Source: a virus (taxonomy: Duplodnaviria; Caudoviricetes). Taken from it: a stretch of DNA of 64,000 nucleotides. This document shows positions 19,141 through 29,783 of the stretch, one piece after another. Position numbers and translations under genes: made by a program. The notes beneath the pieces were generated by a model. The model saw only the letters and a list, made by a program, of their open reading frames with translations. It did not search any database and was not told the origin of the DNA. Position 1 is the stretch's first letter, and every line of letters begins with the position of its first letter. The stretch spans positions 143 to 64,142 of the IMG/VR virus record IMGVR_UViG_3300027976_000036, one strand, 5' to 3'.

Positions 19141-20675
19141 TGAGTAGAAATACCACAAAATCTATCCTAGAATACCTGATAAAAGAAAATAGTATTTCTT
19201 CAATTAGGGCTTTATTACAAGGACAAGAAAAAGCTAGAGTTGATAGAGGTGAAAACAAAGGAAAGCCTTATGGTTTTCTTCATCACCGTATCAATAAATC
19301 TATATTGGAAGTGGATTATAATGCAAGTCCTACATTTAGAGGTGCCATAATTACACCAGCATCCAAATTGGTTCTAAAATCAGAAGGCTCGCAATCTAAA
19401 AGTGTACCAAGCGTTGATTTAATTTTAGCTTTAAAATGGGATTGGAATTATACTTCTTTAAAAGTGCCGCGTGGCACAGTTCGTTTTGTGGAAAATGATA
19501 GACGTAAAAGTTTATGGTTGTTAAACTATATTTATTACTTTTATTCTCAAGAATATATGAATCCATCTGGATCTAAATTGTTAGATCCAAATAGCGGTGA
19601 ATTTAAACAAAGATACAAAATAAGGAATAAAAGCTCCAGGTATGAGACGACTATTGGTTTTTCTAAATTTGAATCTATAGCTAAAAAAATATTTAATAAA
19701 AATAAAAAATATGGTGAAAACAATGATACAAATGGATTCAATGCAAGCTTTCACAGAGAGTTAATGAAAGCAGATGTATCACTTCATTGTCAATGCAATG
19801 CGTTTAAATTTTATTATTCATATGCAGCGACAAAGAAAAAATCAGCATTTCCCGGCATGGAAGAAACAAGGCCAGCAAGTAATAATAATCCAAATAATGT
19901 TGGTATTGGTTGTAAACATATTCATTCAATTCTGTCTGGCCCGATTGGGTTTTCAGGTGTTGTTAAAAAATGTATAGAAGAAAGTGTTCAAGTTGTTGAC
20001 AACAAATTGTTTATTAATAATAGAGATATAAACGATGGAGTTAATTTACCTTCTGAAAAAGTTTTTCAAGAAAAAATAAGAAAAAATAATATAGTTAAAG
20101 ATATTTCTAATTTAGAACAAAAAATATCTAAACTAGAATTAGATATTGACAAGATTGAAAAACTTTTAAATTCAGAAACATCTCAAAGTAAAATATTTAA
20201 ATTAGAGGATAAAAAATTAATTTTTAAATATGATTTAGCAGAAAAAAAGAACCAATTAATTTCTTTAAATAAAGAATTAGATAGTGTTAAAGTTTCAGAT
20301 GGTTCTTCTGATAATAAATTAGCTAAAGAAGAATTAAAAATTTTAGAAAATGAAATAGATAAAGATGAAGTTGAATTAATTTCAAAGAAAAAAAAATATG
20401 CAAGTGAAAAAAAGCCAATTATTAGAAATGATGCATTTAATTCTAAAGTCAACATGGACGAAGCACCAGAGGGCACAGGCACGCCACGGCCGGCACCGAC
20501 ACCCGATGGTGCCACTACGCCCTTGACAGCGCCCGTCAAGGTGCCTACGGTGCCGCCGGGACCACCTGTGTCGCCATTAGATGCAGCCGACGACACAACA
20601 GAACCCAAATTACCATCTGTTGAAGTGATCGAAAATGACAATATTTTTGATCCTGATGATCCTGATTTTTACTAA
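19140..20675 (+). CDS. SWIM-type zinc-finger protein with coiled coil and Pro-rich tail
   Basis: CQCNAF...GCKHI, heptad K/E-rich segment, PT-rich C-terminus. Confidence 0.6.
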   Translation: MSRNTTKSILEYLIKENSISSIRALLQGQEKARVDRGENKGKPYGFLHHRINKSILEVDYNASPTFRGAIITPASKLVLKSEGSQSKSVPSVDLILALKWDWNYTSLKVPRGTVRFVENDRRKSLWLLNYIYYFYSQEYMNPSGSKLLDPNSGEFKQRYKIRNKSSRYETTIGFSKFESIAKKIFNKNKKYGENNDTNGFNASFHRELMKADVSLHCQCNAFKFYYSYAATKKKSAFPGMEETRPASNNNPNNVGIGCKHIHSILSGPIGFSGVVKKCIEESVQVVDNKLFINNRDINDGVNLPSEKVFQEKIRKNNIVKDISNLEQKISKLELDIDKIEKLLNSETSQSKIFKLEDKKLIFKYDLAEKKNQLISLNKELDSVKVSDGSSDNKLAKEELKILENEIDKDEVELISKKKKYASEKKPIIRNDAFNSKVNMDEAPEGTGTPRPAPTPDGATTPLTAPVKVPTVPPGPPVSPLDAADDTTEPKLPSVEVIENDNIFDPDDPDFY

Positions 20676-20695
20676 AATATTTAACAAAGGAAAAT

Positions 20696-22243
20696 ATGCA
20701 AGAAATTAAAAATGAAATAATAGAATATGTAAATAGATTTTCAGAAATAGTTGGAAGTACATTCGGGCCGGGTGGGTTTAATGTATTGATTTCCAATGAT
20801 GGCGGAGACTTTCTTACAAAAGACGGGGTTACTGTTGCTAGAAATTTACATACTAATAACCCGTTAGAAAAATCCGTGTGGAATTTAATGAAGGAAGCAT
20901 GTGAAAAAACCGTGTCAAGTTGTGGCGATGGGACAACAACTACGGCTATTTTAACATCTGCTTTTTACAATAATATGATCAGGGTTATTGATTCTGGGAC
21001 TAATAGACCTTTATTGTTTAAAGAGTTAGATAGGTGTTTAGAAATACTTATTAGCGAGTTAACCAAAGAGGTATATGATATTAAAAATTATGGAGATATA
21101 TTTAGAGTTGCATTATTGTCTTCGAACAATGATAAAGAATTAGCAAAATTAGTTGCTGACACACTTGAATTTATTGGTATTGATGGATCTGTTAAAATCG
21201 AAGAAAGCAAAACTCACTTAAGCCATACTAGTATTAGTGATGGTTATCACTATAACTCTGGTTATAGCAGTTATGAATTTTGTAATACGAATAAACATAC
21301 TTGTGAATTGGAGGACCCATTAATTCTTGTCTACAATGGTAGGCTAAATTTTGGCTCGGATTTTAAAAACACCATTGAAACGTTAGTTTTGCTTAATAAA
21401 CCAATTGTACTAGTGGCAGATGAATTTGATGAAAAAGTATTGTCTACTCTTATTTACAATAAAAATAAAAGTGGGATAAAAATTCTTGCAATAAATGCTC
21501 CTTATTTTGGTGTCAAAAAGAAAAACTCACTTGAAGATTTAAGTGTAATGGTTGGTGCGTCGTTATTTGATGATAGTTTACTACCCTTATCTCTTCTTAA
21601 GCCATCGGAGCATTTAGGTACCTGTAAAATGGTCACGTCTTCTAAATTTAAAACCTTATTTATTGATTGTAATTTTAATGATGCAAAATATGATTCTTGG
21701 ATCGAAAAACTTAAATCAGATATGACAGAAGCTGAAGATGATAGAATGGCACAAGAATTGACTTATAGAATTTCGCAATTAAGTGCTTCTGCAATTATCA
21801 TTTATCTTGCAGGTAACACGCCAGCAGAAATCTTGGAAAAGCGACACCGATTAGAAGATGCGCTCTCGTCTGCAACGACTGCTGTTCGTGGTGGGGTCGT
21901 TGTCGCTGGCGGTGGTCCGTTGATTAGGGCGCTGTCCAATATTAAGCTTAGTGAAAGTGAATTTGTTTATGGTTTAATGATAGATACAATTTTTAAACAA
22001 ACAATATATAGCCTATATGATAGATTATATGATAATTTGAGTGCAAGATCTCATATTATTAGGTCTAAGTTATTAGTCTCAAATATATTTGAGTATTGCG
22101 ATTACAATACTCACGAATTATCTGATTCTAAAGAATTTATTGAACCATACTTAACTATAAAACAGAGCCTTAGTTATTCTTTATCAATCTCTAAGTTACT
22201 GTTGTCAGTCAAAGCATACGTGCTTAATAAAACTCAACAATAA
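20696..22243 (+). CDS. groEL: Phage-encoded GroEL-like chaperonin
   Basis: TFGPGG, TKDGVTVA, GDGTTT, APYFG, EKRHRLEDAL, GVVVAGGG. Confidence 0.9.
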   Translation: MQEIKNEIIEYVNRFSEIVGSTFGPGGFNVLISNDGGDFLTKDGVTVARNLHTNNPLEKSVWNLMKEACEKTVSSCGDGTTTTAILTSAFYNNMIRVIDSGTNRPLLFKELDRCLEILISELTKEVYDIKNYGDIFRVALLSSNNDKELAKLVADTLEFIGIDGSVKIEESKTHLSHTSISDGYHYNSGYSSYEFCNTNKHTCELEDPLILVYNGRLNFGSDFKNTIETLVLLNKPIVLVADEFDEKVLSTLIYNKNKSGIKILAINAPYFGVKKKNSLEDLSVMVGASLFDDSLLPLSLLKPSEHLGTCKMVTSSKFKTLFIDCNFNDAKYDSWIEKLKSDMTEAEDDRMAQELTYRISQLSASAIIIYLAGNTPAEILEKRHRLEDALSSATTAVRGGVVVAGGGPLIRALSNIKLSESEFVYGLMIDTIFKQTIYSLYDRLYDNLSARSHIIRSKLLVSNIFEYCDYNTHELSDSKEFIEPYLTIKQSLSYSLSISKLLLSVKAYVLNKTQQ

Positions 22244-22327
22244 ACTAATTTAGGATTATAATATTGTACCTATATTTTGTCTGATGCAGGAAAGCATCCT
22301 ACAACTTACAACTATAGGTACAATATT

Positions 22328-24031
22328 ATGGATTATTCGAGCAAAATTGGTACTCTTACTATCAAGCAAGCCAAAGAAGTAATTTACAAATTTATGAAGG
22401 CTCAAGAGCCTATTCTGATTCGGGGTCAGCATGGTATTGGTAAATCAGAAATTGTTTATCAGGCTGCCAAACGTTTAATTGAAGAAGGTTTGGTAAACAA
22501 AGTCATTGAAAAACGCCTTAGTCAGTTAACCGATGGTGAAATGACTGGTCTACAGCGCGTAGACGGCGATTTCGTTCAATTTACACCTGTAGATTGGCTT
22601 TGGACAGCCTGCAATGAACCAGTCGTTCTTTTCCTAGATGAAGTTGACCGAGCCATTAGGGAATTGGCACAAGGTGTTTTTCAGCTCATGGATTCACGAG
22701 CCTTTAATGGTATGACTCTCCATCCCGGTACTATTATTATTGCTGCTGTTAATGGCGGGGAGCATGGGTCGAATTATCAGGTTCGAATTATGGATCCTGC
22801 CGAACTTGATCGTTACGCGGTGATTGATGTTCGACCAGATCTTACAGAATGGCTTGAATTCGTTGGTGAAAAGAAACTTGTGCCAACTGAAATTTCACAC
22901 TTTCTTGCGCAAAACCCTGAACACTTTTTCGCTGCTGAGATTGAGCGAAATGTCATTCAGCCAAGTCCGCGCAGTTGGGTTAAGCTTTCACAATTCTTTA
23001 TCAAAAATAAAATTCTTGAAAAAGTTGAAGAACTTGGTGATGAAATTGTCACCTATTCACGACCTCGCGTCGGTATGAAGGCATCGATTGATCTTGTAAA
23101 GTTTCTTCATAATAATTATGCAAAGATTTCAATTGTTGATATTCTTGATGGTAAGAAAAAGACTTCACAACTTTCGACAGCTCAGGTATATTCAAGCATT
23201 GAATATAATGAACTTTTGAATCTTCGCTCTACTATTTTTGAGAAGGGTTATAATAGATCGGCGGTGGATAATCTTACTAAGTGGATATCCGAACTTAGTG
23301 AAGAAGTTATCATGACCGCCATTGGTAATATTATTTATGTTCTAATGTACGAACCAGATATTAACACCAAGGGTGTTAATAGCCTAATATCAATGTTTAT
23401 GGGTTCACTTTTTGAACACAAAAACGTGAAGAGTATTTATGTAAAGAGATCTGACGAACTTGTTTCTCTTGACGGATTTGATTTCGTTGACGCTATTGTT
23501 GCTGGGTGTATGCTTGAAACTAATAAGACTGTTGATGCAGAAAGTATGCTTGACATTATTATTTCAGATTCTGGTATGCCACGCACCACAATGAAGTGGG
23601 AATTTGTTATTGAAGACGGCTATACTGATCAAGATTATGTAACAATGAAAAAGGATGTCGAAAAGATCACAATCAAAGATATGCCGACTTGGAAAGAGCT
23701 TAGTCCTCAAGAAAAAGATGAGCAGCGTTCAATTTGGGCAAAGTTTCTTCGTCACAATAAGAAGATTTACTTTGGACCTCATGCTGATAATAATAAAGCA
23801 ATGGACGACAAGACTTGGCGTGTCAATGCTTTGCTTGCACACAGCGACGTAAAGCATTTGAACATCTTTTATAAGGATCCAAATACCAATCGTATTTCTT
23901 GGTTCTTTTATATCAATGACATCGTTGATGAAGTTAAGCAGCACAGTCTTACTGAAGAAAAGCCGATGACAGATTCAATCCTTATTGCATTCAATAAGGC
24001 TGAAGTTACTCAAATGTACTCGGGGGAATAA
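22328..24031 (+). CDS. MoxR/dynein-related AAA+ ATPase with C-terminal extension
   Basis: GQHGIGKS, LFLDEVDR, AAVN, DPAELDRY, PSPRSW. Confidence 0.85.
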   Translation: MDYSSKIGTLTIKQAKEVIYKFMKAQEPILIRGQHGIGKSEIVYQAAKRLIEEGLVNKVIEKRLSQLTDGEMTGLQRVDGDFVQFTPVDWLWTACNEPVVLFLDEVDRAIRELAQGVFQLMDSRAFNGMTLHPGTIIIAAVNGGEHGSNYQVRIMDPAELDRYAVIDVRPDLTEWLEFVGEKKLVPTEISHFLAQNPEHFFAAEIERNVIQPSPRSWVKLSQFFIKNKILEKVEELGDEIVTYSRPRVGMKASIDLVKFLHNNYAKISIVDILDGKKKTSQLSTAQVYSSIEYNELLNLRSTIFEKGYNRSAVDNLTKWISELSEEVIMTAIGNIIYVLMYEPDINTKGVNSLISMFMGSLFEHKNVKSIYVKRSDELVSLDGFDFVDAIVAGCMLETNKTVDAESMLDIIISDSGMPRTTMKWEFVIEDGYTDQDYVTMKKDVEKITIKDMPTWKELSPQEKDEQRSIWAKFLRHNKKIYFGPHADNNKAMDDKTWRVNALLAHSDVKHLNIFYKDPNTNRISWFFYINDIVDEVKQHSLTEEKPMTDSILIAFNKAEVTQMYSGE

Positions 24032-24032
24032 T

Positions 24033-25529
24033 ATGCAAACGCCAGAAGAATTAGAGTTAGAAATTGCTTTATATCACAAGGAATCAGATAGAGTATATAA
24101 TCTTAGTAAAGAGTATTATCTCAAAATCCTAAATCATAAATCATTTGTTGATTTACCTGATGTATATAAAGATGGACTTAACAACAATTACAAGATTTTT
24201 GAAGATCAAAGAGATTTCTATGTTCAACTAAGAAGTCAATCCTTTGAGAAAAAGAAAGCTGCATGTGAAAAGATCTTTTTTACCTGTATTAATCAAAAAC
24301 TGTTAGGCAACAATACCTTCTTTTATTACATGTTTATTGGTATCAGTGTTATTGCTGATAAAAAGTCTATGTTTGAGGAAAAGACAGCAGCTGTTGTGTA
24401 TGATTCAAGATATAATAATCGTTATATGATTTATAACCCTGATTTTATTCTCTATCAATATAAATTAGGAGGATTATCTTCCATCGAATTTATCATTATT
24501 CACGAAATGTCTCACATTATTCTCGGTCATATTGATTTTAGAAATAAAATCTCGTTTTCTCACAATCTTTTCGAAGATACTGCGAAGATTGAAAACATTG
24601 CTCAAGATCTTCATATCAATTGGAATTGTGCTGTAGATGGGCAAACTATTCTCATTCCAAATATTTGTTTACCCGGCGCATTTCCTTATCAAGATTTTCC
24701 GACAGGGCTCTCTTCGGATGAATATTTAAATATTCTAAGAAAAAAAGACCAGAGTTTCATCAATATGATGAATCTTCATGATAAATCATCTCTTTCTACA
24801 GAGCATGGTATGTCACTGGAAGATTTTAGTGATGCGATCGAAGGCCATGAATCAGCCCAAGGTAGTAAAAAAGGTGGACATGGTTCAAAGAAAGGGCCGG
24901 ATTTCCTTGAAAAAATCTATGATTTGAATAAAATCCAAGATGCATACCTTTCTTCAAAAGGTCAAGGACTTGGTAATTCAACTCTTCTTGAAAAGTTTAT
25001 CAAGACTCGCAAATCCAAGACAAATCCAGAAGATATTTTAAATTTTTTCTTGGAAAGAGCGAATGTTATTTGTGGTAAGGAATCTTCTAATCGAAAGCTG
25101 AATAAAAAGAATCCTTATATGCATCCGGGTAGTAAATTCATCCGACAAGCTGAAATTGCTTTCTTTTGTGATATGTCGGGCTCAGTCTCGGATGAATTGC
25201 TCGCAGATTTCTTCGCGATTGTTAAAAAGTGTTGTGAAGCCGACCGGGAATTTCTTTTCGTGCCGTTCACAACTTCGGTTGACAGTGAGAACATCGTGAC
25301 TATTACTAGTATGGTGCCACCTAAGCTACGCACGGTGTGTGGCGGCACTGATTTTTCCTGCATCAATAGCTACATTAAAGACATGCCTAATTTATCTGGT
25401 GTGGTAGTATTGACTGATTTGGAAGCTCCCTATCCGGGAGAAATTGGGATTCCTAGACTCTGGGTAACTAACCACGATTCTTCGAATTTCAACGGCGAAA
25501 ACGTTCTGAACTTTTCGCAATATAAATAA
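24033..25529 (+). CDS. DUF2201-type metallopeptidase-VWA protein
   Basis: HEMSH (HExxH), DMSGS MIDAS, GGTDF, VLTD. Adjacent to the AAA+ ATPase. Confidence 0.85.
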   Translation: MQTPEELELEIALYHKESDRVYNLSKEYYLKILNHKSFVDLPDVYKDGLNNNYKIFEDQRDFYVQLRSQSFEKKKAACEKIFFTCINQKLLGNNTFFYYMFIGISVIADKKSMFEEKTAAVVYDSRYNNRYMIYNPDFILYQYKLGGLSSIEFIIIHEMSHIILGHIDFRNKISFSHNLFEDTAKIENIAQDLHINWNCAVDGQTILIPNICLPGAFPYQDFPTGLSSDEYLNILRKKDQSFINMMNLHDKSSLSTEHGMSLEDFSDAIEGHESAQGSKKGGHGSKKGPDFLEKIYDLNKIQDAYLSSKGQGLGNSTLLEKFIKTRKSKTNPEDILNFFLERANVICGKESSNRKLNKKNPYMHPGSKFIRQAEIAFFCDMSGSVSDELLADFFAIVKKCCEADREFLFVPFTTSVDSENIVTITSMVPPKLRTVCGGTDFSCINSYIKDMPNLSGVVVLTDLEAPYPGEIGIPRLWVTNHDSSNFNGENVLNFSQYK

Positions 25530-25545
25530 CAAAAAGAGGTATTTT

Positions 25546-26082
25546 ATGACACGGCTTAAGACACGTTTTGTACATTTTCGCGGCTCTGAATTTGAAACCG
25601 GGGCGACTGTTGCTTTTGAATTTACGGGTGAACGCGATGCACCTGAGCGAGAGGTGGTGTTTGGTGTTTCATTTTGTAATAGAAAAGATACATTCAATCG
25701 TGCGACGGGCCGCATGATTGCGGAGAATCGTTTGAATTGTGACAGGACATGTCGACAATTCACTGTGAAGCTTAATAGTTTCGAAAATATTAATATTCAA
25801 ATTATTTGCGCCATCCGAGAATTTATCATGAAGCAACGGTCGGTGCGCGATGATGATGGAAAAATCATCGTTAAGGGTACTCCACAAAATTTCCGCGATC
25901 CGTTTTCGATGTTTTGGCCGACTTTTGGCCTTCTTGATCCATTTATGGAACAAGAAATCGAACGTCGTTATGGACTTGTTTATCATGGACTTGCTTATCA
26001 TCAAGCAGAGTTCTTAGAAGATCCATCTGGTTATCCGATGCGGCAAGTTTTTGATACTACTGACGTTTTTGATAATGTCTAA
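25546..26082 (+). CDS. Conserved phage hypothetical protein
   Basis: FGVSFCNRKDTFNRATGRMIA motif. GAGG RBS. Confidence 0.65.
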   Translation: MTRLKTRFVHFRGSEFETGATVAFEFTGERDAPEREVVFGVSFCNRKDTFNRATGRMIAENRLNCDRTCRQFTVKLNSFENINIQIICAIREFIMKQRSVRDDDGKIIVKGTPQNFRDPFSMFWPTFGLLDPFMEQEIERRYGLVYHGLAYHQAEFLEDPSGYPMRQVFDTTDVFDNV

Positions 26083-26130
26083 TTGACAATAACAAAAGGT
26101 GGATATAGTGTTAGTACTATATCCACCTTT
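26083..26130 (+). promoter_or_regulatory. Promoter motif embedded in a long inverted repeat
   Basis: TTGACA...GTGGATATAGT, overlapping the stem AAAAGGTGGATATAGT / ACTATATCCACCTTTT. Confidence 0.6.
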
Positions 26131-26151
26131 TATAAATACAAGAGAAAATAA

Positions 26152-28587
26152 ATGACATCAACTTGTACAAATTTGGTTTCTCCAAACCTTTCTGATGCTG
26201 CTATTTTTAGCATTGATGCTAATTCTACAATTATGGATATTTTATCCACCAAGATTTATGTTAATAAGGAACTAGCTTTTATCCGTGAAATCATGTGTAA
26301 TGCATATGACGCTCACGTTGAAAGAAAATGCGAAAATATTCCTATTAAAGTTACAATAAATCACGATTCAATTTTAATCCAAGATTATGGCTTCGGATTG
26401 CATCATGATGATATTATTGGACTATATACCACATATGGTTCATCTTCTAAAAAAGGTGATAATCAATTTACTGGTTCAATGGGGATTGGCTGTAAATCTC
26501 CATTAGCATACACTGATTCATTTAGTGTATGCTCAATTTTTGATGGAATCAAATCAACATATTACATTTTTAAAGATGCAAAAAATTACCCACGGTGTCA
26601 ATTAATATCTCAAGTTGAATCCACAGAAGAAACTGGCTTAACAGTAAATATTCCTATTGATTACAACTTTTTATATGGTGAACAATACATTAAACACGTA
26701 GGTTACTTTTTTGAAGTAGAACCTATATTCTACATTGGAGATGTTCTTACACAAATTGGTAACTATAAAAATGATACTGTTGAAATTCATTCAGATTCTT
26801 TTATTCGTTTTTCTAAGCTGGAAAAAACTAATTTGTGTTTAAATTCTAATGTGATTACGTTTAAATTTAAAAATGTAATCTACGATTTAACCGTTAAACA
26901 TGGTAAAACAGATCTTAGTGTTTTGTTTGGAGAGAAATACAACAAGATTTTTAACTACTATGATAGAGATTCATTGGAATATTATCTTATTGAAGTACTT
27001 GACGATAAGGAATGCCAGTTTAATCCCGGTAGAGAATTATTAGAAATTACAGATAATTGCTATAATAATATTGTTAATTTTATTGATAATTATTTTAAGA
27101 ATTATCTTAATGAATTGTTGAATACAGACATTCAAGATGAAACGTTTTTTAATAGTAATAAGGTTATCTTAAGGCTTCTTACTTATCTTTTAAAATCAAA
27201 TAATGGCATTGGCAATGCCCCTCCACTTCTACATGATATTTTCTTGCCTATTGATTTAAAACATGAAGATTTTACTCTTTTGACAAGTGATGAGATCGAA
27301 GCCCTTGAAAAAGAATCTAAATCTAGATATAAACTCGTTTACAACAAAAACATTGCTACCTCAAACATATATATGAATTTTCATGATATTTATAAATGTA
27401 AATTTTCAAATATGAATTTGATAGATTATGTTCATAGTGTAATGAGGGCAAAAGTCTGGAGTGATATCAGATGCACTAATAATAATAACGTATACAGTAA
27501 CAATTGCAATCAGGAAACAAATAACAGAATTGTTATTTGTTTCTACAAACCTGGAACTCGTGGTACTTTTATTTTGGGGTCTGCCAAACGATATCATACC
27601 CTAAAATTAAAATTAGAAGAAGATTGGAAACTGGATTCTACTTTACTATTTTATGCATTCCCAGAAGCAAACGAAGAATTAGTAAAAACCTTATTTACAG
27701 ATAAAGTTGTTGAAGACTTAAAGTTTATTGGTATTGATGTGCATCAATATCATATTAGTAATGAAATTTATTGGCAAGATTTTAAGAACCCTCCAAAGAT
27801 TTCAACAAAAACACCAAATCCAAGAGTAAAAAAAGAAAAAACAAATTATCCTGGTTCTTTTATCTTTGATAAAGATCTAAATGTTATTTCGGATAATATT
27901 GTCTATTTTAGAAAGACTAGACACAACCCTGAATTCGTTGTTAAAAAAGACAACATTATCTTTTTTAATGGTCTAAAACCAGAAAATGTAAGATATAGTG
28001 GGTTTAAATATTTTGAATTACTCAATAAGTTATCTGAAAATTTCAATCCAAAGTTTGAAAATTTTATCAATCCAATTTTTAAAAATGCTAATTTTGTATT
28101 TCTTAATCTAGCAGAAGAGTCAAAAGACTCTGTTATTAATCTAATAAAGACAAATAATCCCGATTGTAATTATCACGAATTTTCACCTAATCACGACCTC
28201 ACAATAACATTTCCAGAATGTTTAACTTCAAAAAAATTATTTAATATAGAAAGTCCTCTTGCGGAAGACGTTGATGACTATAATTTAATAATTATATATC
28301 TATATATTTATTATCGCTTAGATATTGAAGATATATTTAAATTCTTGTCGGAATCTAAATATAAAGATTTTTATAAGAATCTATGCGATAAATATGAATA
28401 TATTAAAAGCGACAATGCGACAGAAGAGGATCTCATTAACTTTTCTAAAATTTATGACAGAGTAACAGAATATTATGATTTTTATTCCAATAAAAATTCT
28501 AAAATAAACGCTAGATCTATTTGTGACTCTATTAATGCAATGAAAAATCACGAAAAACTTATGGATAAATTAATTATCCCACTATAA
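26152..28587 (+). CDS. rIIA: RIIA-like protein (GHKL ATPase N-terminus)
   Basis: IREIMCNAYDAH, DYGFG, YGSSSK, GIGCKSPLAY, followed by a rIIB-like gene. Confidence 0.85.
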   Translation: MTSTCTNLVSPNLSDAAIFSIDANSTIMDILSTKIYVNKELAFIREIMCNAYDAHVERKCENIPIKVTINHDSILIQDYGFGLHHDDIIGLYTTYGSSSKKGDNQFTGSMGIGCKSPLAYTDSFSVCSIFDGIKSTYYIFKDAKNYPRCQLISQVESTEETGLTVNIPIDYNFLYGEQYIKHVGYFFEVEPIFYIGDVLTQIGNYKNDTVEIHSDSFIRFSKLEKTNLCLNSNVITFKFKNVIYDLTVKHGKTDLSVLFGEKYNKIFNYYDRDSLEYYLIEVLDDKECQFNPGRELLEITDNCYNNIVNFIDNYFKNYLNELLNTDIQDETFFNSNKVILRLLTYLLKSNNGIGNAPPLLHDIFLPIDLKHEDFTLLTSDEIEALEKESKSRYKLVYNKNIATSNIYMNFHDIYKCKFSNMNLIDYVHSVMRAKVWSDIRCTNNNNVYSNNCNQETNNRIVICFYKPGTRGTFILGSAKRYHTLKLKLEEDWKLDSTLLFYAFPEANEELVKTLFTDKVVEDLKFIGIDVHQYHISNEIYWQDFKNPPKISTKTPNPRVKKEKTNYPGSFIFDKDLNVISDNIVYFRKTRHNPEFVVKKDNIIFFNGLKPENVRYSGFKYFELLNKLSENFNPKFENFINPIFKNANFVFLNLAEESKDSVINLIKTNNPDCNYHEFSPNHDLTITFPECLTSKKLFNIESPLAEDVDDYNLIIIYLYIYYRLDIEDIFKFLSESKYKDFYKNLCDKYEYIKSDNATEEDLINFSKIYDRVTEYYDFYSNKNSKINARSICDSINAMKNHEKLMDKLIIPL

Positions 28588-28603
28588 ACCAAAGGAAAAC
28601 AAA

Positions 28604-29665
28604 ATGTTAGCATATAATTTTAAAATCAAAGAAGAAAAAATTGTTTCAATTGAATTAATCCTTAATTCAAAAATTGTTAAAATAAATTCTACTGATTTTA
28701 TGTTTGAAGAAGTATATAGGATTCTGTGTAATTCAGAGTCAGAAGAAGAAATTGAAGAACAACTATTAGAAATCTTTAAACCAGAAGAATCTTTAACTAC
28801 ATTAGTTAAAGATCGTCTATTTTATATTACTGATACCATCGTTTTTAAAAATGGTGATAACAGATATGAATTTAAGAGTCAAAAATTTCTAGAAAAAATC
28901 AAACGATTGTTTGCAAATGGTGTAAATCTTAAGTATGTAGCTAATTTTTGCGAGAAACTTACAGAAAATCCATCTGAAGCTTCTCAAAATATGATATTTG
29001 ATTTTCTAGAACACAACGATATCGCAATCGCCACTGATGGCGATATTCTAGGCTATAAGAGTGTAATGTTAGATCTATATGATGCGCATAGCCATACCAT
29101 ACAATATAATGTTGGTACATTTATTACCATGGATCGTAATTTGGTGGATATTGATCCAAATAATCACTGTTCAAGTGGTCTTCATGTTGGCTCTTATATT
29201 TATGCGAATGGATTCTCTCAACAAATGCTTCTAGTTAAATTGTCTCCTGCTGATGTAGTGAGCGTTCCAAATGATCATAGTGCTATGAAATTACGATGCT
29301 GTAAAATGTTCGTGGTATCTAAGATGGACAGTCCGGTAGCACTAGAAGAAGCTTGTTATAGCGTTAAAAATTCTGATGAAGAATATGATGGTGACGACGA
29401 CGACAATGATTGCGAAGATAAATATGAAGATGAATATGAAGATGAATATGAAGATGAATATGAAGATGAAGATGAAGATGAATATTCAGATGAAGATGAA
29501 GTTCTTCCACAAACTTCATATAAATTGCATATTGTTAAGGTAACCAGAGAGCCGGTGAATTCGACGTCGCAAAAGCTGCTCAAAAAAACCATAGTACTAG
29601 CTTCAGTGTGTGACAAACCGTTAAGAGATCCGCTTACGGGTCGATTCGCTAAGCGTGCACAATAA
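28604..29665 (+). CDS. rIIB: RIIB-like protein with acidic repeat
   Basis: ENPS, DGDILGYK, CSSGLHVG, PADVVSVP, KLRCC. Confidence 0.88.
   Translation: MLAYNFKIKEEKIVSIELILNSKIVKINSTDFMFEEVYRILCNSESEEEIEEQLLEIFKPEESLTTLVKDRLFYITDTIVFKNGDNRYEFKSQKFLEKIKRLFANGVNLKYVANFCEKLTENPSEASQNMIFDFLEHNDIAIATDGDILGYKSVMLDLYDAHSHTIQYNVGTFITMDRNLVDIDPNNHCSSGLHVGSYIYANGFSQQMLLVKLSPADVVSVPNDHSAMKLRCCKMFVVSKMDSPVALEEACYSVKNSDEEYDGDDDDNDCEDKYEDEYEDEYEDEYEDEDEDEYSDEDEVLPQTSYKLHIVKVTREPVNSTSQKLLKKTIVLASVCDKPLRDPLTGRFAKRAQ
29412..29500 (+). repeat. 12-bp coding tandem repeat (GAAGATGAATAT; EDEY)
   Basis: Seen directly inside rIIB. Confidence 0.8.
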
Positions 29666-29704
29666 GCTCTATTAAGCATTTTGTACGTTGAATGAGACCA
29701 AGAC

Positions 29705-29755
29705 GTGTATATAGTCTCTTCACGAGGGGGATGTAGGAACAAGTCCTACATCCCC
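29705..29755 (+). promoter_or_regulatory. Promoter motif GTGTATATAGT followed by a 12-bp 5'-UTR hairpin
   Basis: GGGGATGTAGGA-ACAAG-TCCTACATCCCC with no U-tract. Confidence 0.6.
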
Positions 29756-29783
29756 GCCAATAAATCATACCATAGGATACAAC

